DNA from: a virus
Taxonomy: Duplodnaviria > Heunggongvirae > Uroviricota > Caudoviricetes
IMG/VR virus record: IMGVR_UViG_3300042341_001208
DNA length: 29,419 bases
Direction: 5' to 3' (one strand)
Shown in pieces: positions 15,289 to 24,500 of this stretch. Positions within the stretch are counted from its first letter, which is position 1. Each line of letters begins with the position of its first letter. The notes beneath the pieces were generated by a model. It worked only from the letters and a program-made list of their open reading frames with translations, was not told where the DNA came from and did not search any database. The position numbers and the translations under genes were made by a program.

Positions 15289-15933
15289 ATGGCACAAGGA
15301 GTACATAAAATTACGGAGGATTTTGAAAAATCACTATGCGATTATACCGGATCGCCTTATGCAGTTGCATTAGATAATATGAGCAATGCTTTATTTTTAG
15401 CCCTTTACTACGAAAAAAATATAAAGAAAAGTATTAAGGCTGGAACTGTCGATTGCCCTGCTAGAACTTATCCTTCCGTTCCGTGTGAAATAATTCACGC
15501 AGGTCTGAAGGTTAATTTTACCCCAGTGGAAGGGGATACCATAAAAGGAGCTTATCAGCTTTTTCCAAGCAACGTCTGGGATTCCGCTTTAAGATTTAGC
15601 GCTGATATGTATATCCCAAAAACCCATATGTGCTTATCCTTTACTGGACCATATAAAACACTGAAGCTGAGCAAGGGAGGAGCAATATTAACCGATGACT
15701 ATCAAGCAATGTTATGGTTCAAAAGAGCTAGATTTAGTGGGAGAAGAGAATGCTCATATCACGATGATAACTTTGATATGCTAGGATGGAATTTTTACAT
15801 GATGCCGGAACTCTCAGCAAGAGGACTTTTGATGATGACTCAGTTTTATAACATGGACGGGTCAAAAAAATACAACGAAGATCTAGAACTACCATATCCT
15901 GATTTATCAAAATTTGAAATTTATAAACAATGA
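15289..15933 (+). CDS. Short DegT/DnrJ/EryC1/StrS-family PLP-dependent sugar aminotransferase (214 aa)
   Basis: Contains FEKSLCDYTG, AVALDNMSNAL, WDSA, SFTGPYK (PLP lysine), GGAILTDD, GWNFYM. The usual C-terminal small domain is missing. Confidence 0.8.
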   Translation: MAQGVHKITEDFEKSLCDYTGSPYAVALDNMSNALFLALYYEKNIKKSIKAGTVDCPARTYPSVPCEIIHAGLKVNFTPVEGDTIKGAYQLFPSNVWDSALRFSADMYIPKTHMCLSFTGPYKTLKLSKGGAILTDDYQAMLWFKRARFSGRRECSYHDDNFDMLGWNFYMMPELSARGLLMMTQFYNMDGSKKYNEDLELPYPDLSKFEIYKQ

Positions 15934-16508
15934 AAAAAGCATTAGTCGGATATGGTGGACATGCCAAAGAAGTGATGGCACAAATGGGGTTAAATATTAC
16001 TTGTTTTGTAGACGACAAATATTTGATCACCGGAACAAAACCATTATCTGAATTTGATCCGAAAGAATACTCTTTGATGGTTGCAGTTGCAGACCCGATA
16101 GACAGACATAATATTATACAGAAACTTCCAAAAGAAACTAAATATTTTACCTGGATACATCCAACTGCTTTACTGATGGGGAAAATAGAAATCGGAGAAG
16201 GTAGCTTTATCGGTGCTTATTCTATTCTAACTACAAATATTAAAGTTGGAAGTCATTCAATCTTAAATAGGGGTAACCACATTGGCCACGACTGTATTAT
16301 AGGAAATTATTTCAGTGCAATGCCCGGATCTATAGTTTCAGGAAACGTTCATATAGGAAATATGGTTTATTTAGGAACAAATTCCTCCATAATAGAAAAA
16401 AAATACTTAGCACACAATATCAAAATAGGTGCAAATAGTGTAGTTATAAGAGATATAAAAGAACCTGGTATTTATGCTGGATCTCCTGCTAGAAAAATTT
16501 TAAAATGA
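15930..16508 (+). CDS. NeuD/PglD-family sugar acetyltransferase (left-handed beta-helix)
   Basis: N-terminal VGYGGHAKEV, IHPTA, hexapeptide repeats, GNHIGHDC, GIYAGSPARKI. Confidence 0.9.
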   Translation: MKKALVGYGGHAKEVMAQMGLNITCFVDDKYLITGTKPLSEFDPKEYSLMVAVADPIDRHNIIQKLPKETKYFTWIHPTALLMGKIEIGEGSFIGAYSILTTNIKVGSHSILNRGNHIGHDCIIGNYFSAMPGSIVSGNVHIGNMVYLGTNSSIIEKKYLAHNIKIGANSVVIRDIKEPGIYAGSPARKILK

Positions 16509-17494
16509 AAGATCTAATATTAATAACCTCATATTGTCCCGATGACCATAGAGAAAATATACTGAGAAATTTAGTTTATTCTTTAGAAAAATACAAAAGT
16601 AATTTTGAGGTTATGGTCGTAAGTCATACCCCAATTTCTTTAGACATTCAAAAAAAAGTTGAATTCTGCTTTTATGATAAAAAGAATGAAATCCTGACCG
16701 ATTGGGATCTCCTAAATCAACCTTGGTTTATCCCTAGCGGGGGAAGAAGAATTCAATCTTCTTTCCTTAGCAAAAAAAATACACATTTAGCAATCTGGAG
16801 GCTAATGATACTGGGATTTTCAAATGCCAAAAATTTAGGATTCTCAAAAGTCCATCATATAGAATATGATTGTGAGATAAATGAAATTAGTGAATTTCTA
16901 GAAAATAGCAGATTGTTAAATGAGAATAATAGTGTTGTCTATATGGATATTCAAGAAAGAATATCCCCTGTAATGTTTGGAAGTTTTCAATCTTACTTTA
17001 TTCCAAAAATCCACGAATTACTTGTTAATCTTAATGAAGAAAAAATTAAAGATTTAATAAGACATGCTATCTCTAAGTCTCCAGAGGGTCTTTTAAAACA
17101 ACTAATAGATGAAAGTGGTAATGTTGTTGTCAAGAACAGAGACGTTTTGAAAAAAAAAGGAAATAGATTTGGAATAATTAATAGCCAATCGATTAATAAA
17201 AATCCTTGGTCAGTTCCTTATTATGACTACTTAACAGAAACAGTCGATTTTATTTCCTGGAACACATCAAACAAAGAAGGCATAGAATATAAGATAATAA
17301 TAAATAATACCAATTTAGTTTACATCCCTAAAGTTTATATTGATTGCTGGACAATTAGGTCTCTGGGAAAAATAGAAGAAATTAATTCTATTATAGTTCT
17401 AGAAAATGAAATAATTAGAGATACTTTTTACCTGAATTCAGAATCAGACAGGGAATTATTTAAAAAAATGAGCTATAGAGTAGTAGAAGATTAA
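16505..17494 (+). CDS. Uncharacterised putative GT-A-like glycosyltransferase (paralogue of 20127-21107)
   Basis: N-terminal beta strand LILITSYC, then VMVVSHTPI, CFYDKKNEIL and an HIEYDCEI DxD-like motif. The operon context fits. Confidence 0.55.
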   Translation: MKDLILITSYCPDDHRENILRNLVYSLEKYKSNFEVMVVSHTPISLDIQKKVEFCFYDKKNEILTDWDLLNQPWFIPSGGRRIQSSFLSKKNTHLAIWRLMILGFSNAKNLGFSKVHHIEYDCEINEISEFLENSRLLNENNSVVYMDIQERISPVMFGSFQSYFIPKIHELLVNLNEEKIKDLIRHAISKSPEGLLKQLIDESGNVVVKNRDVLKKKGNRFGIINSQSINKNPWSVPYYDYLTETVDFISWNTSNKEGIEYKIIINNTNLVYIPKVYIDCWTIRSLGKIEEINSIIVLENEIIRDTFYLNSESDRELFKKMSYRVVED

Positions 17495-17496
17495 TA

Positions 17497-18048
17497 ATGA
17501 TTGAAAATATACATTTATGGCATGCTGACAGAGGAACTTATTTTGATCGAAATGTGAATATAATTTCGTGGAGTGACCAATATCAAATCAGATTAGGCCG
17601 ATATAATTCAATTGGTAGAGATTGTAACTTTTTCCTGCATGCAAACCATAGACCAGATTGGGTAACGACATCTTCCCAATTGTTAGGACCTGTTACGGAC
17701 GAAATTGCTCAAATGCACATGCAAATGGGACATCCCTCATGTAAGGGTGATATTATAATTCAAAATGATGTTTGGATCGGAGCAAAGTCTACTATAATGT
17801 CCGGGGTTAAAATATCTAACGGATCTATCGTTGGAGCTGGATCCGTGGTAACTAAGGATGTTCCCCCGTATGCAATTGTTGCCGGCAATCCGGCTAAGAT
17901 AGTTAAATCCAGGTTTACTGAGGAACAAATTGAAAAGTTATTAACTATTGCTTGGTGGAACTGGGACGAACAAAAAATTAGAGATAACTCGATGACTATG
18001 TGGTCAGATAATATAGATGAATTTATAAATAAATTTTATGAAAATTAA
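17497..18048 (+). CDS. CatB/Vat-like (XAT) hexapeptide O-acetyltransferase, probably acting on a sugar
   Basis: Contains LGRYNSIG, H....VTT, KGDIIIQNDVWIG, VGAGSVVTKDVPPYAIVAGNPAKIVKSRF, LLTIAWWNW. Confidence 0.85.
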   Translation: MIENIHLWHADRGTYFDRNVNIISWSDQYQIRLGRYNSIGRDCNFFLHANHRPDWVTTSSQLLGPVTDEIAQMHMQMGHPSCKGDIIIQNDVWIGAKSTIMSGVKISNGSIVGAGSVVTKDVPPYAIVAGNPAKIVKSRFTEEQIEKLLTIAWWNWDEQKIRDNSMTMWSDNIDEFINKFYEN

Positions 18049-19558
18049 TAAAGCAATTTTTGGTGTTGATGATTCTTACTTTTTAGAATTTTGGCCTATA
18101 CAAGCTAGGATTTGTAAAGAGTTATTAAACATAGAACCTGTTCTATTTTATATTTGTGATGAGGATAGCGACTTCTATAATGATGGGAACGGTTTAGTTA
18201 AGAAAATTAAAAAAGTAAAAAACACTCAAAATGGTAATGTAATAAATTCTGGATTACTTGCTTGTATTGTACGAATGTATGGCACGAAATATTTTCCAGA
18301 TGAGGTGTGTCTTACTTGCGATTTAGATATGCTAATGATTAATAAAGATTATTTCGTTAATCAAATTGAAAAATATGATAATGATAGTTTAGTTATTTAT
18401 TCAAGTGATGCGTATGATTTAAATAGACCAGAAGCGATTGAGCTGTTTAAAAATCAACCATTTCCTTTTACCCAAGAAATGTATAACTATCCATATAATG
18501 CGGCTAAAGGTAGAGTATTTGACAAAATTTTAGACACTAATTGTACTTTTGAAGAGTTTACTAATCGTCACGGAAATTATAAACCAGGATATCATTTTAT
18601 GTGGATGATTGATGAGTTTTATTTTGCGGATTGTGTAAATAATAAAAATCACGGTATTGAAGTTCATAAACTTAAAAGAGGATACATTTCTCCTTGGATT
18701 GCTGATAGAAGAATTGATAGAGGAAATTTCCCTGTTAAATTAGAGTGGGATGGTGAAATTGAATTCCAAAAAAAATATGGTATTTACGATGAAAAAAAAC
18801 TTAGAGATGGTTATTATATTGACGTAAATTGTTGTAGACCTTATAGCAAATATAAACAAGCGATAGATGATTTAATAGATATTGTATTGTGTGATAAAAA
18901 TAATATACAGAATAATATAATGTATGATTTAGGGATAAAACACCAAACGGATAAAATAGTACATCATAGATATGATAGGATTTATCCTTTATTTTTAGAT
19001 CGATTAAAAAACTCACCGATAAAACTTTTTGAAGTTGGATGTGGTTCTGATTATGCATCATTTAACATGTGGAAAGAATATTTTCCAAGCGGGATGATAT
19101 TTTCTATGGACATTAATGAAGAAATTGAAACAGATAGAGGCATAGTTTATAAAGGGGACCAAACCAAAGAAGAAGATCTAAATAGAATGGTCGAAATAAT
19201 TGGTAAGTGTGATATAATAATTGATGACGGAAGTCATGTACCGCAACACCAAATAGAAACATTTAATTATCTTTTTGAAAACATGCTAGAAAATGGTGGG
19301 ATTTATATTATTGAGGATATTGAGTGTAATTATTGGAATCCAAGAAATATGATTTACGATTACCAAATAGGTGACTATAATATTGTGGACTATTTTCAGT
19401 CTTTACCGCACAAAATAAACTCGGAATTTAGTAATATGAAAAATCATAAATCAATCTCGTCACTAACTTTTTTCAAAAATTGTATAATTTTAACTAAAAT
19501 GACATCTGATGAAATTGAAGAAAATAAACAAGAATATAGATTTAAAAATATGTTATGA
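18038..19558 (+). CDS. Fusion of a DxD-containing GT-like domain and a MycE/TylE-like sugar O-methyltransferase
   Basis: N-terminal half has CLTCDLDML. C-terminal half has TDK..HHRY...Y, FEVGCG, SMDI, GDQ, IIIDDGSH, GGIYIIEDI. Confidence 0.75.
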   Translation: MKINKAIFGVDDSYFLEFWPIQARICKELLNIEPVLFYICDEDSDFYNDGNGLVKKIKKVKNTQNGNVINSGLLACIVRMYGTKYFPDEVCLTCDLDMLMINKDYFVNQIEKYDNDSLVIYSSDAYDLNRPEAIELFKNQPFPFTQEMYNYPYNAAKGRVFDKILDTNCTFEEFTNRHGNYKPGYHFMWMIDEFYFADCVNNKNHGIEVHKLKRGYISPWIADRRIDRGNFPVKLEWDGEIEFQKKYGIYDEKKLRDGYYIDVNCCRPYSKYKQAIDDLIDIVLCDKNNIQNNIMYDLGIKHQTDKIVHHRYDRIYPLFLDRLKNSPIKLFEVGCGSDYASFNMWKEYFPSGMIFSMDINEEIETDRGIVYKGDQTKEEDLNRMVEIIGKCDIIIDDGSHVPQHQIETFNYLFENMLENGGIYIIEDIECNYWNPRNMIYDYQIGDYNIVDYFQSLPHKINSEFSNMKNHKSISSLTFFKNCIILTKMTSDEIEENKQEYRFKNML

Positions 19559-20130
19559 AAAATAAAGAAGAAAAAATTGAAGAATTACTACTTACACCAA
19601 GAATGTTTTATAGTGATTTTAAACCTAGATATAATCAATTGAAAGGTTTAAAAATGCTGATAGATAAATTTATTGATGATAATATGACCATGGTTGAAAT
19701 AGGTTCTTTTGCTGGGGTTAGTAGTGAATTATTCTCACTACACTGTAAAAAAATATATTGTGTTGACTTATGGGACCCATATTGGGAAATAACAGATAAA
19801 CAAAAAGTAGAATTTGCGGAGTATTCTTTTGATAAGATGTCTAAAAATTATAACAATATAGTAAAAATTAAAAATAGTAGTGTCGAAGCGGCAAAACAAT
19901 TTGATGATAACTCTTTAGATTTTGTTTATATTGATGCGGCACATGACTATGAAAGTGTAAGGCAGGATATTTTAACTTGGTTACCAAAGGTTAAAAAGGG
20001 AGGATATATCGGAGGACATGATTTTAGATTTGATGAAAACATCGGTGTATATGAAGCTGTTAATGATATTTTTTGTTACGATTATATGATAACATCATTC
20101 CCTGATTCAAGTTTTGTTGTAGAAGTATGA
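19555..20130 (+). CDS. Class I SAM-dependent methyltransferase (Methyltransf_24-like)
   Basis: Contains VEIGSFAGVS, CVDLW, LDFVYIDAAHDYESVRQDI..WLPKVKKGGYIGGHDF. Confidence 0.9.
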   Translation: MKNKEEKIEELLLTPRMFYSDFKPRYNQLKGLKMLIDKFIDDNMTMVEIGSFAGVSSELFSLHCKKIYCVDLWDPYWEITDKQKVEFAEYSFDKMSKNYNNIVKIKNSSVEAAKQFDDNSLDFVYIDAAHDYESVRQDILTWLPKVKKGGYIGGHDFRFDENIGVYEAVNDIFCYDYMITSFPDSSFVVEV

Positions 20131-21107
20131 GAAAAATAGTTTTAATAAGTTCATATTGCGATACTCAGGAAAAAATTGATATTTTATACGACAATATAAA
20201 AATATTAAAGGGGTTAGATTTAGATACGTTAGTAATAAGTCCAATCACATTACCTGAAGACATAATAGAACTATCTGATTTTGTTTTTTTTACAAAAGAA
20301 AATCCTTTGCTAAATTGGCCGGTTCGTGGATTTACTTTTTGGGAAACAAATTTTTCTAAAGATGGTTGGATGACCATGCACAGAAATGTTGCGGAATATG
20401 GATGGGCTGGTTTATACCAAATAAAAAAAATGAGTCAAATTGCATTAAGTTATGATTACGATTATTTTTATCACATAATATATGATTTGGAAATTGATGA
20501 ATACGTTATTGATACTATAAATTCTAATATAACTAACTTAGTACATCCAAGAATTAATCCTAATAATAATGATGATTGGTGGGATTGTACTCTGCATTTT
20601 ATGATATTTGATAGGGAAATAATGGGTAAAATTGTTGATGTAATAAATCTTGATGATTATTTGAAGCTGGATGGTGTTGCCGAAGGACAAGCGTTATTAT
20701 GGACTAAATTATTCCCAATCCAAATTTCAAAAACACCAGTAAGAGATAAAATTTATTATTGGGGTGACAGGGGATTTTTTGATTACTCAATGAACCCAAA
20801 ATATAAATTATTTATTAGTAAAAATACACCAACAACCTGTTGGATTTCTGAAGACGATGTTAATATTGAAAAACCAATATCCTCTAACCTTAGATTTTAT
20901 ATTTATGACATCAAAGAACCTCAAAAATTAACATTCAATTTAGATGAAGTTCTTTATGAGAGAGAATTAAGTGAAAATGAAATTTTTGAGTTTGAAGTAG
21001 ATTCAAATACAATAAAAAATATAAAATTAATTGACACTTATGGTGAGTATGATTACTCTACTATCTATAAAGAAATTGATAGAAATTTAATTTACTTAGG
21101 ACATTAG
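20127..21107 (+). CDS. Uncharacterised putative GT-A-like glycosyltransferase (paralogue of 16505-17494)
   Basis: Contains IVLISSYC, TLVISPITL, VFFTKENPLL and HIIYDLEI, colinear with the 16505 protein and of similar length (326 vs 329 aa). Confidence 0.55.
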   Translation: MRKIVLISSYCDTQEKIDILYDNIKILKGLDLDTLVISPITLPEDIIELSDFVFFTKENPLLNWPVRGFTFWETNFSKDGWMTMHRNVAEYGWAGLYQIKKMSQIALSYDYDYFYHIIYDLEIDEYVIDTINSNITNLVHPRINPNNNDDWWDCTLHFMIFDREIMGKIVDVINLDDYLKLDGVAEGQALLWTKLFPIQISKTPVRDKIYYWGDRGFFDYSMNPKYKLFISKNTPTTCWISEDDVNIEKPISSNLRFYIYDIKEPQKLTFNLDEVLYERELSENEIFEFEVDSNTIKNIKLIDTYGEYDYSTIYKEIDRNLIYLGH

Positions 21108-21135
21108 AAGACTAACTTAAATATTAATTAAAAAT

Positions 21136-21525
21136 ATGATATACAATCCAAAAATTTACATAGATAAAAGTCCGATCCATGGTTGGGGGGTTTTTGCCAA
21201 AGAGCATATAAAGGAAGGAGAAATATTCGAGGTTTGTCCTGTTATCACACTCCCCATCAATAAAGGAGAATCCAGTTCTCTTTTAATAGACTATAGATTC
21301 AACTGGCCACAGGGAAATGAATGGGAAGAACAAGTTTTCTCTTTCGGTTTTGGTGGGTTGTATAACCATAGAAATGATGCAAATTCTTATTGGAGATCCA
21401 ATATTGAAAACAAAACTTTTGAATTTATTGCACACAGGGACATTTTTCCAGGGGAGGAAATTTTCATCTGGTATGGAGACATAGGGTATTGGAACGACGG
21501 GAGAACTCACACGGAAGTGATATAG
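21136..21525 (+). CDS. Minimal SET-domain protein-lysine methyltransferase (vSET-like)
   Basis: Contains KSPIHGWGVFA, GEIFEVCP, GFGGLYNH, GEEIFIWYG..YW. No pre-SET or post-SET cysteine domains. Confidence 0.92.
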   Translation: MIYNPKIYIDKSPIHGWGVFAKEHIKEGEIFEVCPVITLPINKGESSSLLIDYRFNWPQGNEWEEQVFSFGFGGLYNHRNDANSYWRSNIENKTFEFIAHRDIFPGEEIFIWYGDIGYWNDGRTHTEVI

Positions 21526-21547
21526 TTTTTTAATATATAAATAGGAT

Positions 21548-21555
21548 CGTATATT
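21548..21555 (+). promoter_or_regulatory. CGTATATT motif upstream of the T9SS cargo gene (a TATAAATA also occurs at 21536-21543)
   Basis: Lies 16 nt upstream of the ATG at 21572 and is shared with the other two secreted-protein genes. Confidence 0.45.
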
Positions 21556-21571
21556 AAAAAAAAAGAATCCT

Positions 21572-24500
21572 ATGAAAAACTTATTTAAACTTCTGCTTCT
21601 TTCTTTGCTCTTGTTCTTACCTGCAAAAGCTAGTGCTACCCATATGATGGGTGGAGACATTTCCTATGAATGTATTTCACCAGGTAAGTATAAATTATTC
21701 ATAAAAATCTATAGGGATTGTAGAGGTATTTCATTTAACAACCCAACAATTAGTGCTTATTGTGTTGATGGAAATGGTGGTATTACTAATAATACTCCTA
21801 TAACATATACAAGAACAGCTATCAATGACATTACACCAAATTGTTCTTCAGGTACTGCGCCATGTAATCCTGAAAACACTACAGTAACTTCTGAAGGTAT
21901 TGAAGAACATGTTTTTGAAGCTATCATGGATTTTAATACAGATCCTTTTAAAGCTTTAAAGGATGCAGGTTGTTGTGAAATTAGAATTAAAGTAGAACAG
22001 TGTTGTAGAAACGATGCTATAAATACTATCAATCCCGGAAATTTCTTTACTGATGCAATGATTAACATCTGTAACATTGCTAAAACTAAAAAAAAATGTA
22101 ACACTTCTCCTCAATTATCTATACCTCCTGTTGCTTATATTTGTTGTAACCAACCATTTAGATATAATAATGGTGTTCGTGAAGTTACTGATGGTGATAG
22201 TTTATCTTATGAACTTTCAACTCCATTAAGCGCTCATAACACTAATGAAAACTATGCTGGTGGGTTTAATTCTCAAATTCCAATGACTCCTTATTGTCCT
22301 CCAAATCCAGGAATTATTAATTGCAGACCATTACCTAATGCTAATCCACCAAGAGGTATTTATTTTGATAAAGAAACAGGTGATATTGTTTTTACACCTA
22401 CAAAATGTGATGAAGTAGGAGTTATAGTAATTCAAATTAATGAATGGAGAAAGGATTCTACAACTAATAAATGGATACTAATCGGTTTTACAAGACGGGA
22501 TATGCAACTTATTGTTAAACAATGTCCTGATAACAACCCACCTTCATTTCCTGACTCTAAAAACAAATACTCTGTATGTGAAGGAGAAAAAATATGTTTT
22601 AGAATTAAAACAAAAGATGATCCGTTTTTACCTAATCAAACAAGAGCAGACACTACTACTTTAACTTGGAACAACGGTATTCCAGGTGCTACTTTTAATA
22701 TAGTAAATTTAAATGTTAGGGAAAGAGAAGCAGAATTTTGTTGGACTACTAAAATTGGAGATGCTAGACCTAATCCTTATTCATTTACAGTTACAGTCAA
22801 AGATGATAATTGTCCCAAACCAGCATCAGCTAATAGAGGTTATAATATTACTGTTGCACCTAGAGCTGTAGATACCCGTAAGTATACCGTTTTAGATTGT
22901 GGTAAATTAAAGTTTACAGCCACTCCTAAAGATACAGTTAACTACAATCCTAAAAACTATAGATACAAATATGTAATTAGAGATTCAACAAACAGCGGTG
23001 TTCCGTTTTTTATGACTTTTAACAGAACTGATAGTTTTAAATTTAAACGTGGTGGAAAATATATCATTGAACACGAAATCAATAATCCTCCGTTCAATTG
23101 CCCAACCATTTATTCAGATACTATTATTATACCACCTGTATTAGATGTTGAGTTATCCTTTGGTAAAGACACATTTATATGTGCAGGTAATTCATTAACA
23201 GTAGAACCAATTGTAGCTTATGGTTTTGCTCCTTATAAATTTAGATGGGAAGTGCCTGTTGGAACTCATAATCCTGCAGATACTTTAAATAAAATTACCA
23301 TTACACCAACTCAGACGACTCGGATTGCACTTAGACTTACCGATAAAAATAAATGTGTAGACTCTGATACCATTTTGATTAAATACATTAAAAATCCTAT
23401 CGTTGACCTTGGTCCTGACCGAAGAATATGTACTTATGATTTTGCTACATTAGATGCTCAAAATGCAGATACTCTAATGTATGAATGGAGTTCGAATGGA
23501 GTTACGATTATTGGATCAAGTACCCTTGTAGTAAATTTATACGAAAAAATATTCCCTTCTCAAAAGTATTCAGTTAAGGTATTAGATAGTGTTTACAAAT
23601 GTTTTGATACTGATACAATAGAGGTATTTGTCAATGACACAGTTATAGCTCTTTCTGGAGGGGATAGAGAAATTTGTATTTTTGATACCTTAAAAGTTAC
23701 ATCTAAACGTAAGCCATTGGGATACACTCGTCAAATTACTTGGAGAGATATTATTTCTGGTACAACTATGGCAACTGATAGCGCTTTCAGTTTAAGAATA
23801 TCCACACTTGCGACTCGTAAATATGAAATGCTTTTAAGAGTTAATCAAAAAGGAGTTATCTGTGAAGACTTAGACACATTTACTTTAACTGTTAATCCAT
23901 TACCTGCCTTTACTCCAACAATACTACCACCTAGATGTTATCAAGATGGTGCTATTAATTTAAATTTAGCTAACTTTGCTACTGCAAATAATAAAACAAT
24001 TCCTGCTGACTCGATTAGATTCTTTCAAACTAAAACACCAAGTTGGATTACAGGTGGTCCTGTAGGTAGAAATACTTTTGTTTGGAATTTTCCAATTTAC
24101 ATTACTAACGCTCAAGTACCTAAAGCAGGTTTAACTGATGTAATTAGTTATGATTATAGAGATAAAAAAGGATGTTATAATAGAGGTAGTCATTCAATTA
24201 GATTAAATCCTAATCCTGTAGTTAAATTAAGAGAAAGATCATTTTGTCAAAAACCCTATCTCCCAACAAATGGGTCTGGTAATACATCAGGGTCTCAATA
24301 TGGAGAAAGTTTAGTAGATCTTAGCGTTTTAATAGTGTCTCCGTTCTCTAGAATTGGTGGTATAGAAACATTTAGATGTTTATCTGTTCCTGATGGTTCA
24401 GGTGTTAATCCCGATCTTATTATATTTTGGGATAATTCAATCCCTGCAAAGCCATTATTTGATCCCGGATCTCCTGAAGAACCTCAAAAAACAGGTAAAT

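Noticed and set aside
21536-21543. T4 late promoter TATAAATA before the T9SS cargo gene
   Set aside because: It is a single match in very AT-rich DNA. The recurring motif before virion genes here is GATATATA, and this gene also has the CGTATATT motif.
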